Shown here: positions 9,250 through 27,383 of the stretch, piece after piece
Layout of the letters: each line of letters starts with the position of its first letter
Numbering within the stretch: position 1 is the first letter of the stretch
DNA from: Guillardia theta CCMP2712
Lineage: Eukaryota > Protista > Cryptophyta
NCBI RefSeq assembly: GCF_000315625.1
Contig: NW_005434548.1
Location: 153,997 to 197,799 of the forward strand
Direction of reading: 5' to 3'
DNA length: 43,803 bases
Program-made: the position numbers and the translations under genes
The notes under the pieces: generated by a model
Told to the model about the DNA's origin: nothing
The model's input: only the letters and a program-made list of their open reading frames with translations
The model's database searches: none

Positions 9250-11988
9250 ATGGGAGACGAAGGAAGAACGAAAAGAGGACGAGAACAAAAGAAACAAAGC
9301 CAGGAAGCAAATACACCCAAGAAAGCAAGAAACAGTCTAGAAGATGCTGAAGAGCAAGAAACAAAGATCGACATTGACATCCAAACCCTCAATGAGCTGG
9401 TTCATGCTTCATCAGAGCAGATCAAAAAAGCTGCTGGAATGCATTGCATCATGGTCATCGGCAAGACCGGAATAGGCAAGAGTACCATCCTCACTGCCAT
9501 GATCAAAGGAATGTCTTCCTTGCATGCAAAGAAAGAAAGAGGCGCTGTCCACCTCGTATCAGAGGGCGATCCCATCACTGATGACCATGGCAACGAGATC
9601 TTCGTCATCGGACATGACCGCGGAAAGTCGCAGACTGACGTGCCAGGCGTGTACAGAGACGCCAAACGGAAGGTGGCGATCTGTGACTGCCCCGGCTTCA
9701 AGGATACGCGTGGCAAGACATTCGAGATCGCCAACGCCATCAACATCAGCGGGATCATCACCGTCGCTAAGTCGGTCACCATCGTCGCCGCCTTCCCCTA
9801 CGCCAGCATCGCTTCTGCTGAGGGACGCGGGGATGTGCTGAGAGAGCTGCTGCAGAGCCTGCGGTCCATCTTCTCCGTCAAGGACGAGGACCTCTCCGGC
9901 CTGGAAGCTGTCATCCCCCTCGTGCTCAAGACACCCAAGCTTGATGAGGGCGGGGACCAGGTCACCATCGAGAACCTGCGCGAGATGTTCCTCTCCCTGC
10001 TCAGCTCCAACAGCGACGACAAGATGGCTTGCGAGACTCTCGCCAAGAACCTGGTGGCCACAAGCGCGATGCATGCCTTCAAAGAGGACACAGGGCTCAC
10101 CAACGCAGACGACCTGATGGATCTCTTCCAAACGACTCGCTGTCGGGTGTACGAAGCCTTGCACCTGGGCTTGCCTCTCACTCAATCCATCCAGTCGGAT
10201 CTTCAAGAAATTTACAATGACTTGAAGGAGACAGCTAATGTGAAAATGGCTCAGGTTTCCATGGATCAGGCTGAGCCAGGAGATTTCGCAGCTGCATGTG
10301 AAGAAGAAATGAACTTCCTAAAGGTGCTCAGGAAGTACAAGGTGCCTGGAGCTGACAGAGTTCTGAACGCGATTCGAGCGACAACGTATAGAAGAAAAAA
10401 GACTGTAAAACAACAGAATACAAACAACAAAGAAAAAAAGCTTACGAGGGAGCTGGATAACGCTATCGCCAAGATTGATTCGGATGTGTGGGAGATGATC
10501 GGGCACGACTTGGACTCTGTCCAGCTTCCTGACTTCAATCACTTGGGGAAGCTCAAGATGAGCATCAAAGACGACCCTGACATCTCTGAGTCACAACGCT
10601 CAGATCTCCTCGCCAAGATTCGAACCACCCGGCAGAAAGCGATGCAGATGTTCTTCAATGCCATGAGTCAGAGAACTGACAGGTGTGTCCGATCCTTTCA
10701 CTACAAGGTGATGGAGCAGGCCAACCCCGACGTGGACGCTATGTACAGAGACATGCTGCAGGGCCTGCAGAACGATGTCGAGCGGTGTGAGCTTGTTGAA
10801 CACGATAAGAAAGACTTGCTTGAGAGGCTTGCGACGGCAAAACGAGAAGCGTTGAAACAAAGGGAAAGAATCTCGTCTGTCGATCCAAAGTGGAAGACCA
10901 AAATGAATGAAATCAGCTCAATTCTGAGCACAGCAGAGAGAAATCTAAGGTCAACGCTCGACAGAAAGATCAACAGACAAGACTTCTCGCCGCTTGACAT
11001 GTCACCCCTGGACAAAGTCAGAAAGGAGATACAGTCCTCGCAAAAAACCCTCGACGAGGCCTCGCTGAGCATACTTACCAACCAAGTCGACAAGCTTCAA
11101 AGTGATCTCTCCTCCAGGCTCCAGAGCGCTAAAGAAGTCGCCCAGCTCAGCCAAGAACGTAAAGCCAACCAGCAGGCCAATCAGCTCATGCTGGAGCTGC
11201 ACGAGGCGCTGCTGGATTACGATATGGCGGTAGAGAGACTGATCGCCTCGGAGCGGTTCGGCAGTCCCAACGGCTCTAAGCTGCAGCAGATCAAGACCAA
11301 GATGGAGCAGATGCAGGACAGCAGGTACGACGGTCTCATCCAGCAGGTCAACGACAAGATTCGATCGTCTGCCGACAAGATCGGCAAGGCCAAGCTCGAG
11401 TATGACGTGCAGATCCTGACAGAGAAAGTCAACAGCCTGACCGACGAGATCAAGAACAGCTCTTACCGAGCTCACCCCCCGCCCGTGTTTCCCTTCACTC
11501 AGCAAGTCGGCGCGCTTCGTCGTGACATCGCCAGCCTCGAGAGCTCGAGCGGGAAGCAGCTGAAGCACTTGTCATCCAGACTCACTGGCGCCGTTGACCA
11601 GTGGCAACAGATGGGCAAGGAGAAGAGAGACTCAGCAGCTGTCCAGCAGAGAGAGCAGAAGGCGTACGAGGAGTATGAGAGGTTCCGCAAAGAGATCAAA
11701 CGCGCCAAGGCAGCGTACAAGAAAGCGTTTTTTGACAACATGGATAGGGAGAAGTTGATGCTTCCAGATGCGACCAACTTGAATCAGCTCCTGACGACGA
11801 TTGAGAGGTCAACGATCTTGCAAGGGAACGAGAAGAAACGAGAGCAGCTGGTGTCCAGCATCTCCGATACGCTTTCCCAAGCGAGCTCACAGCTAGATGA
11901 CTTTAAAGCACGACATAAGGAAATGGAGATATCTCGGCGGCGAGAGGCTCAAGCTTCTGGCCATAATCAGTCATGCGTTGTTTGTTGA
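9250..11988 (+). CDS. Large P-loop GTPase (AIG1/GIMAP/MMR_HSR1-like G domain) with coiled coil and C-terminal CaaX (CVVC)
   Basis: Within ORF 8995-11988; likely start ATG 9250 (MGDEGRTKR). G1 VIGKTGIGKST, G2-like SQT, G3 DCPG. Several hundred aa of helical/charged tail; ends ...HNQSCVVC*. Confidence 0.85.
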   Translation: MGDEGRTKRGREQKKQSQEANTPKKARNSLEDAEEQETKIDIDIQTLNELVHASSEQIKKAAGMHCIMVIGKTGIGKSTILTAMIKGMSSLHAKKERGAVHLVSEGDPITDDHGNEIFVIGHDRGKSQTDVPGVYRDAKRKVAICDCPGFKDTRGKTFEIANAINISGIITVAKSVTIVAAFPYASIASAEGRGDVLRELLQSLRSIFSVKDEDLSGLEAVIPLVLKTPKLDEGGDQVTIENLREMFLSLLSSNSDDKMACETLAKNLVATSAMHAFKEDTGLTNADDLMDLFQTTRCRVYEALHLGLPLTQSIQSDLQEIYNDLKETANVKMAQVSMDQAEPGDFAAACEEEMNFLKVLRKYKVPGADRVLNAIRATTYRRKKTVKQQNTNNKEKKLTRELDNAIAKIDSDVWEMIGHDLDSVQLPDFNHLGKLKMSIKDDPDISESQRSDLLAKIRTTRQKAMQMFFNAMSQRTDRCVRSFHYKVMEQANPDVDAMYRDMLQGLQNDVERCELVEHDKKDLLERLATAKREALKQRERISSVDPKWKTKMNEISSILSTAERNLRSTLDRKINRQDFSPLDMSPLDKVRKEIQSSQKTLDEASLSILTNQVDKLQSDLSSRLQSAKEVAQLSQERKANQQANQLMLELHEALLDYDMAVERLIASERFGSPNGSKLQQIKTKMEQMQDSRYDGLIQQVNDKIRSSADKIGKAKLEYDVQILTEKVNSLTDEIKNSSYRAHPPPVFPFTQQVGALRRDIASLESSSGKQLKHLSSRLTGAVDQWQQMGKEKRDSAAVQQREQKAYEEYERFRKEIKRAKAAYKKAFFDNMDREKLMLPDATNLNQLLTTIERSTILQGNEKKREQLVSSISDTLSQASSQLDDFKARHKEMEISRRREAQASGHNQSCVVC
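9418..11865 (+). repeat. Right arm of ~2.45-kb inverted duplication
   Basis: Reverse complement of 3089-5539; 3 nt shorter, matching a one-residue indel in the first variable block. Confidence 0.97.
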
Positions 11989-12085
11989 TTCTGTCAGTTT
12001 TATTGAATGCAGTTACCACCTCACGGTTGTACCGTGTGTGAGTTGTTACTAACCGTGTGTTGGTGTTTGGTACGCCCCCGTAGTG

Positions 12086-12167
12086 CTTTACTCAAAGTTA
12101 AGTTAAAAATCAGTACGAGGACAAGGTAGTAGTTAAAATGCCGGCTGAGTACGAGGACAAGGTAGTA
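12086..12167 (+). other. Dispersed ~40-nt conserved intergenic motif, copy 2, followed by a partial duplication
   Basis: CTTTACTCAAAGTTAAGTTAAAAATCAGTACGAGGACAA (12086-12124), then a second AGTACGAGGACAAGGTAGTA. Confidence 0.85.
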
Positions 12168-12668
12168 CTGAGCAGTGCCGCGCATGCAGTGCGCCGCACC
12201 GCCGCAGCCCGGAGCGCCTCTAAAACCCGAGGGCTCAGCAGTGCCAGTGCACTGCGGCAAGCTGGGCCGGCCCCGGCTACGGATTAAGGCCGCTAATCCT
12301 GGTACAAGTAACCCCGGGCGGGGCCCGGGGTGTGACTGCCTAAACTTTAAAATCACTGTCGCGGGGCCGGCCCGGTTGAAACGAAGTTTCCGATCACCGC
12401 ATTGAAACGGCAGTGCCCGGCGCCGCACCCCGCTGGCCCCCGCATCTCGGTGCCACTGGGCCAGGCTGGGCTTGAGGCTCTACGAGCCCGGTCCCCGGTG
12501 ACCGTGCGCGGTACCGGCGGTCCGACACCGGACCCGGCCCGGGGGGCTCCGGCCCTGCCGCCACGCCGGGGTCACTCAGTGACCGTACACCACTGATACC
12601 GGGCGGGCACTCGCCCAGCGCCAAAAAACTAACACCCTGAGCTAATTGCTTTAGGAGGCCGACAATCA

Positions 12669-20126
<7,458 letters not shown>

Positions 20127-20477
20127 ATCAAGTTGTCTTTCAAGTAGATTGGGCTATCCGAGTGACGCAACTCGTTGAGTAAGCTCACTGAGCTCTGCCC
20201 GGGCCCCAGGCCGGCGCTGTGCCCCGGCCCCGGCCCGTAATACACACGGCTGAGTCCACCAGAGAGTCCACAGTCTGGTCCACAGCTGGGTCCGGGAGCG
20301 GGTCCCGATCGGATGCGCAGGGCGAGTCGATGCGTCCCGCGATGCGTCGGAAGTTCGGAATGAGCGGGGATGCGGGGAGCAGTTGGGATGGCGAGGGACT
20401 CGGGGAGGGATGGGTGAGTGAAGGAGGGGGGAAGAGGACGAGAAGAGCATGACGGGACAGCCATCACCATGAGAGCT

Positions 20478-22749
20478 ATGCGTCATGCTCCTTCCACATG
20501 AACCGCCAAGCTCGCAGGCAAGGGGTGACAGGAGCGAGCGTCATCCTGGCTCTGCATGGACAATGCGGGCGATCGTGGATGCTGCGGATCTTCTTCGCCA
20601 TTACAGTCCTGCAGCTTCTGGTCGTTATCCGATGGGGTCAAGACGAGATGAGGAGGGAGCAGGAGGCCATTCAGGTTGATCTCCTCGCAAGACCTGTCAG
20701 CCCTTGACCTCTTCATCGCAGGCGATTGGACGAACCATCGTCGACGAGAGGAGCCTCGTCAAGAGAGCGCAAGGTTTGCTGCTTGTCCTGCCTTAGTCCT
20801 GGCTTACTCCACTTACCTGACGCAGAAGCATCGGAGAAGTTGAAACAGCAGCGACTTGCTCGTTTAATCGATCCCTTTCAGTCCCCTCTTCCTTCCAGTT
20901 CGCACGAAGCAGCATCAGCTCTGTTCTCTGTGCTGCGAAAGTGGTGGCAAGGAGCGGCGATGGATCCTTCTATGGTCGAGGACTCTGACAGCTGCCTCGC
21001 TCGTTCCTCGCAGCAGGATCTTCTGCTTGCCGTCTCCTCCACTGCTGTCACCGTGGAGGGTCCGGACTATGGTGGTGGTATCGTAACGTGGAAGTTTCCC
21101 GAAGAGGCGGAGGACGAGGAGGAGGCGATTTACTGCGTGTTTGGGCGCATCAAGAGGCCTGCTAGAGTTGATGTGGCAGGAGGGAATAAGGTTGTCTCCT
21201 GTCAGGCGCCTCCGCACGTGCACTACTTGCAGCAAGCAGAGTCCCTTCGTTCTGTAGCAGCGACGTACGGTATGACGATCGATGACATCCTGCGGCTCAA
21301 TGTCAACATTGGGGATCCAAACAAAGTCTTCCTCGGACAGAAGATTGCGCTGTCGGAGGAGCAGACCCCCATGTTCCTCGCACACCCTCGCCTCTCTGCG
21401 TCCAGCCGTCACTACTACAGGTACATAAGCGTGGAGCTTGAGAGCATACGACCCCACAGCAGCCTCCTCAGAGGAGGAGAGACGCTCACCCTACGAGGCT
21501 CCGGGTTTGTCAGCTCCACGGAGCCTTGCAGGTCCGTCTGCAGGGTCGGGAACTTGAGGATCGTAGCGAATGTTGTATCATCTTCGGAGATGACATGTGT
21601 TGTACCATCTCGTTGGCGAGTCAACACCGTTGAGTCCTCCGGTCGCTCTTCAGAAGGCACTGGAGACAGCTGCTTGGGAGAAGTTTCCTGCGGGCAGGCA
21701 GCAGTGGAGGAAATGAGCTCCAGCTCTTGATGCGCTTCACCTGAAGCACCTGCAGGTGTCCATGAACGGGAAAGACTTCACGAGAAGCGGCCTCTTCCTC
21801 ACTTACTCTCGTGCGCCAATCTGCCTTCTCCCTATGCTGGAGAAGGGGCAGCTCTTGAAAAGATATCGCTTGCTCAAATCCCATGTTGTCTTGCCTGTGT
21901 GGTCAAGCGAACATGGAGAAGAGACGGAGAGCATTCTCCGCTTAGTCAAGGTGAAGTTGAGATGAAAGAAGTTTGCGATGATCGGGAGACGCAGAGGTGG
22001 AAGAGCGTCAAAGGCGTCGCAGGCGTTTCGCTCGTTACGTCGCTTCCTCTCCCTCTTGGCCTTGAAGGTACCTTGGGCTTTTGAGCTCACTGACTTAGCC
22101 TGATGTGTCTCCGTTAATCCAGGTGTAAACGTGATTCAACAGGATTCAAGCTCGTGGGTAAAATCGGCAACCAGGACTCTGAGCGTCGGGGAAGAAACGG
22201 CGTTGCTACGAATGCTCTTGTGCCTTGGGCTGGAGCACATGAAAGGAGAGGAGGAGATCGATTATCTGACTGTTGCTAGTCCGTACGCGCTCGTTCGCAA
22301 TGACCTTTCCATCGCCCTGTCGAGCCTTGAAGCTGAAGCAGGTACCAGCAGGAATGAGTCATGACCTGTGCGTTTTGATGTTTCAATGTTCCAGCGGGAA
22401 AGTTCAGCCTAATAGGAAGCGCAAGCTTTGTGCCTCTTCATCTGGAGGCGGGTGGAGCAAACGGAGGGGAAGATGCGAGTGTGAGCATTCGAGGATTTGC
22501 TTGCGGCATGTGCGTGACTGGAGCTGCTTCAACAGTCGATCAAACTACCTGCATCTTCCCAGAGCGTCGCCTTCGTTTCCTTTCCCATGTCTGCCGTCAG
22601 GTCAATCTGCAAGTCTCAGGACTCGTTGACGAGGTGCGAGTATGTGTGCATGGACCCTCGGGTTGACATCTCGCAGCCCTCTCAACCTCTTGCGAAACAA
22701 CAGGACGAGGCTGGTCGATGCCTCATCCGCCGTCACAGCACAAGTTGAG
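20478..22749 (+). CDS. Membrane-anchored protein with LysM and IPT/TIG domains (ends approximate, multi-exon)
   Basis: N-terminal TM segment WMLRIFFAITVLQLLVVIRW; LysM HYLQQAESLRSVAATYGMTIDDILRLNVNIGDPNKVFLGQKIAL; IPT ELESIRPHSSLLRGGETLTLRGSGF...CRVG...ANVVSSSEMTCVVP and VSMNGKDFT. Confidence 0.75.
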
Positions 22750-22981
22750 AATGGACGAGGAGGTTTTCTTGGTATGTGGAAGTCGAGCAGTGGCAAGAGA
22801 CCAGGCGAGGAGAGGGATCGCACAGCTCGCGCGTCAGGGGATTTAGAGGCTCCTGGTCCCAATTTGTTCGATTACGCCAACTGGGCTCTTCGAATTTGTT
22901 AACCCTGATACGCCGAACTGGTGTGAATGGAGAAACAACATATCTTGGTCGCCTACTCCTTCCAATACCTTCAGCCTGCTT

Positions 22982-24050
22982 CTATGGGCAACCCAGGCTC
23001 TCTCGCGTGTCTGCTTTGGTGACGGGGTTTGTTCCGGTGGCGTCGCTCCTCTTGCAGAGCTTCGCCTGACAGAGCGAGTGAGGAAGGCAAGAAAGGCACA
23101 ACGTGTCGTCACCAAGATGTCCGGGCGGACAAGAGCGTCGGTAAAGTCGGCCCCGGAGATGTCTTTGACCTTGTCAAGTCCCAGGTTCGTGTACGAGTTG
23201 CTCAAGATCTGGCAGGATGTGAGCGCAACAAGGCGAATCGCGACATCTCAACCGCATTTTTGAGCACAACGCCGTCTAGCTTCGCGTCTTCTAGAGAGGC
23301 AGTGGACAAGTCAGCTCCTGTGAAATCTGCTCCCGTTAAATCGGCCTTGAAGAACCGAGTTCCTCGCAGCTTCGTTCCGACAAACTTCGCCTCTTTGGCA
23401 GCGCATCCACTGAAGTCTTTCTTAGAGAAATCCTTTCCGCTCAGGTCCTGTCCTTGCACGTCTACAAAGTCCGCAACCCCTCCAGAGACTGCGTTCACAT
23501 GCGAAGGTGAGAGCAGAAGAGGAACCACAAGTAGAATCCCCAGCAGACCAGCAGCAACCCTTCTTTCATGCGCCCGCACCTGATCTTTCCCTCAGTCCTT
23601 TAAGAAGAGCACACCACAAACCATCACAAAGATAATTTCATCAACGCCTGCATCAAGATCGTTCGATTCAAGACCATGTAAGTAACAAGATAGGGCAGTC
23701 TACATGACACAGTTTCAACTTTCAGCAGTAAACTGCCGACACAAACTGGTTTAGAGAACCACAAAACAATAATCAGGTGAAAACATGAGGCAATAGAGGG
23801 CGAACCCAAATTTGATAATGCATGTCAAATTTCAGAACCCCAGCAGGACAATCCGCATTACCTCAACGGCAGAAGGTCGCCAGGCAGCTGCAGTTCTCAG
23901 CCTGTCGGTCTCATGCATGGAGAGGGAGATTGGGGAGAGAGTAGCCGGCCTCATGCCGTCTACGGCTTTCAGTCTCAACCGCTCGAGGCTCATTGATCCG
24001 CCCACTGCTGCCCTGCATGGCGAGACAAAACCGCTGGTGCATCCAGCCAT
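22982..24050 (-). CDS. Thylakoid-lumen pentapeptide-repeat protein (TL15/TL17-like)
   Basis: A(D/N)LxG repeats (ADLTG ADFTG ADLST ASLED AKLDG); C-terminus ATGTNPVTKADTRESLGCP*; lumen signal RRVAAGLLGILLVVPLLLSPSHVNA; upstream exon with TSG-FVSP. 5' exon structure uncertain. Confidence 0.85.
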
Positions 24051-25642
24051 GTTCAAGTTGCGCCTTCCACCCTACCCCTCCCTCAGGTTCCACCCTACCC
24101 CTCCCTGTATGACGTTGTCCATGGACCAAGCACCACCCCTTCCAAAGACCGTTCCAAAGACCGTTCTAATGATTAGTCTCCGGCTGTGAGTCAATTTGTG
24201 CCACACCAATTGTTCCACCGATGCATTCAGTTTTAAAAGCATGCAATCTAATCCGGACAGAAGATCGAATGCGTATGCAAAGGGCCTGCTGCACCCGTGT
24301 GAGGTTCCAGCATCAGGTTTATTGCATGATTCTCTCATGTAGTATGCCTGATGCTGTCATGTAGAACATCAACAACATCAAACGGTAAATTATGCAGACT
24401 CGCCTTTTATTGCATGAACAAACCTCCTCACTTCAAGCGGATGCCCGCGATGTTCAGGCTTCCATTCAGGATTAGCGGCTCCAATACACATTTTCCAAAG
24501 AGCAATTCACTGGAATCTGCATAGCTTGATGCACTGATTCTCAGAAAGCAGCAGCGTTTGCCCGTTGGAATTTCCGCTTTACCTCTGCTTATTTCGTAAC
24601 ATACCAAAGTATGTTACTGTGAAAAGGTGCTGTATGTAACCATGTGTTCAAGTAAATGATGTCATTCAGAATATCAGAGTTATTGTCCTCATTGAGCACA
24701 CAACAGGGATGCATCAGTCATCATCAAAAAATTGCTGTTTCAGTGATGTTCAACGAGCGACACGACCCAATAATAAAGAGTCAGGGTACGCTCATGGCGC
24801 GACGTGCATGCTTGAACGAAGTCTATTCTGGCAGGATGAGCCTGTTGACGTCAAGTTGTCAGTCAGATGGAGAGGCCAAGGTACCCGGCATGGAGGTCAG
24901 ACGAGCATGCTCGCGCCACGTGAACGCGATGTGGAACGCCCTGCCTGGTTCATCTCTTCTCGCCGGCAAGCATGCTATATCAAGTCGTGTTCGCAGGTGC
25001 GTGGCAAAAGGCCTAATGGGAGCCTATGATTTGTTTCTTGTGCATCGGTATTGTTCTTGTTGATCATAGCAAAGCATGGTTCAGGTCTGCATCTAAGTTC
25101 TGATTGCAAGCGGTTGTGTGGCCCTTGTACATGTTGCTGGCAGATTCATTTCTCACGTGGCGCAATGGTGATTCGTGGCGGTGGAATACGACATGCGAAC
25201 CAGACCCTGCCGATAGGTGAAGATCTCCATGACCGTATACAGAGGAGGTAGACGAATGAAGAGAGAACGGGAGAAGGTAGAGAAGAGGAGAGTGATAGAA
25301 GAACGAGGGATCAGGAACGTTGGGGCAGAACACAAAGAATTGAAGAAGCAGGTATTGCAACTTCGTGACAAGGGGGTAACCAGAAGTTCATCAAGAAAAC
25401 AATGCAGGAAATAAAGTACCTTCGAAAAAAAGAGGAGCTACTTCGAGCAGAAAAGCAGGACTCGGTGACGCGCGAACTTTGAAGGCCGTCCTTCCCTTCA
25501 CTGGAGGTACATACGGATGGTCCGTCTGCGTCACAGTCGTTACCCAAACTCACGATCCCACTGCAAATATTATATTCAGTAGTGTCACACCTAGAGGCTC
25601 GAACCTTGAGGAATAGCACCAGAGCAATCACTGCTGCATTCA

Positions 25643-25905
25643 CTAGAGCACAACGAGCACCACAGACTACTGCTGTCGGCTAGAGCACAACGAGCATCAC
25701 AGACTACTGCTGTCGGCTAGAGCACAACGAGCACCACAGACTACTGCTGTCGGCTAGAGCACAACGAGCACCACAGACTACTGCTGTCGGCTAGAGCACA
25801 ACGAGCATCACAGACTACTGCTGTCGGCTAGAGCACAACGAGCACCACAGACTACTGCTGTCGGCTAGAGCACAACGAGCACCACAGACTACTGCTGTCG
25901 GCTAG
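25643..25905 (+). repeat. 37-bp tandem repeat x7
   Basis: Unit CTAGAGCACAACGAGCA(C/T)CACAGACTACTGCTGTCGG starting at 25643, 25680, 25717, 25754, 25791, 25828 and 25865; no spacers. Confidence 0.98.
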
Positions 25906-26014
25906 GACTTGAAAGATGTTGCCCTACTCGTGCGCGGCACGGTGTGTCAGCCTGTGCCACAATCCTCGAGACATGGAGGACTCGGATGATCAGAGGTTCG
26001 CTGCAGGGACCACT

Positions 26015-26350
26015 GTTATCTTCAAAGATATTGACTCATCGTTATCTTCAAAGATATTGACTCATCGTTATCTTCAAAGATATTGACTCATCGTTATCTT
26101 CAAAGATATTGACTCATCGTTATCTTCAAAGATATAGACTCATCGTTATCTTCAAAGATATTGACTCATCGTTATCTTCAAAGATATTGACTCATCGTTA
26201 TCTTCAAAGATATTGACTCATCGTTATCTTCAAAGATATTGACTCATCGTTATCTTCAAAGATATTGACTCATCGTTATCTTCAAAGATATTGACTCATC
26301 GTTATCTTCAAAGATATTGACTCATCGTTATCTTCAAAGATATTGACTCA
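26015..26350 (+). repeat. 26-bp tandem repeat, ~13 copies
   Basis: Unit GTTATCTTCAAAGATATTGACTCATC; one variant copy; last copy is 24 nt. Confidence 0.98.
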
Positions 26351-27050
26351 CACGAGCAACTAGGGATCATCAAGTCTGGCATGTCACAGCAGAGACATGT
26401 ATTATCGCATGGTTGTATAGGAAAGCTTTGTTGCAAACAGTCAGTCACGAAGGCGGGCTGAACAATTCGCATCAATTCACGTAATATGTGGATGGTCTCA
26501 GAGAAAACCAGTGCCTTCAATCTATCCTTGAGCAGGCTTGCATTGAATTTCCACAATTTTGTGCGCCAGCCATTTTACGGTTGACGCCTCGCACTTGAAA
26601 TACTGCCTACTACGGCGAGCGAGAGAACGCAGCAGAAAGAATAGAAGCATTTCGTAAAGACTACGATATACCAAGATTGGGCAAACTTTTCTTCGTGATT
26701 GGTTGGATAATGTTTACTTAAAACAATTGGAGGCGAGGAATCTGTTCGGCGGGGGAATTTAAGACCATGTCTTGCCTCAGAAGTTTTATGAACGCCGTGT
26801 GCGACAACAATCTGGGTATAGATAGAGAGGGCCCTGGAATGTAGAGGGCCCTAGAAATGTTAGTACCTGGCTTGCATACAGATCGGCATTGGGGTATCCT
26901 TCCAGTGTGAGAAAACGTGGATTTCAAGTCAAAAATGTCAGCATGCGACAAATCATTGAGGACTTGCGGTTGGCTTTGCAGAGATAAGTAGAATGCAAGC
27001 AGGCACGGGTTGTTCAAACGAAATCATTTCGCAAACCCAACAATTGATGC
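26351..27050 (+). pseudogene. Decayed ORF of unknown product
   Basis: Protein-like frames (YVDGLRENQCLQSILEQAC..., AYYGERENAAERIEAFRKDYDI, LRDWLDNVYLKQLEARNLF, RNVSTWLAYRSALGYP...MRQIIEDLRLALQR) interrupted by several stops and frameshifts. Confidence 0.4.
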
Positions 27051-27383
27051 ACCTCTTGTAATTCGTGAGCCAAGTGTTGGGGAAAGGACAGACCACCTTA
27101 GCAGTTGAAAATTAAACTTCATATCTCTACTCTTCACCTTTGTGTGTGATCCAGCGGACTGAGATGCCTTGAGCCTTTGCTGTAGACGTCTGCAGCCCGT
27201 ACAGCTTCGTGGTGTGACACGATATCGTAGCGTCAAGTGTTGTCGTGAGTTGTGAAGGTTCCTTTTGCATCCCAACCGTCTGCGTGAAGGTGCGGTCTTG
27301 CTCCAGGCGCAACTGCGGCAGGCAGCCTCTACAGATGCACCAGACAGTGGATCCCAGCTCGCCAGATGAGATGTTGGACCACT

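Noticed and set aside
3089-11865. Inverted arms as transposon terminal inverted repeats or a pure assembly artefact
   Set aside because: The arms are internal coding sequence with frame-preserving divergent blocks and distinct in-frame termini; no transposase or target-site duplication seen. Long reads are still advisable.
25643-26350. CRISPR-like arrays (37-bp and 26-bp units)
   Set aside because: Units are head-to-tail with no unique spacers, there are no cas-like genes, and the context is eukaryotic.
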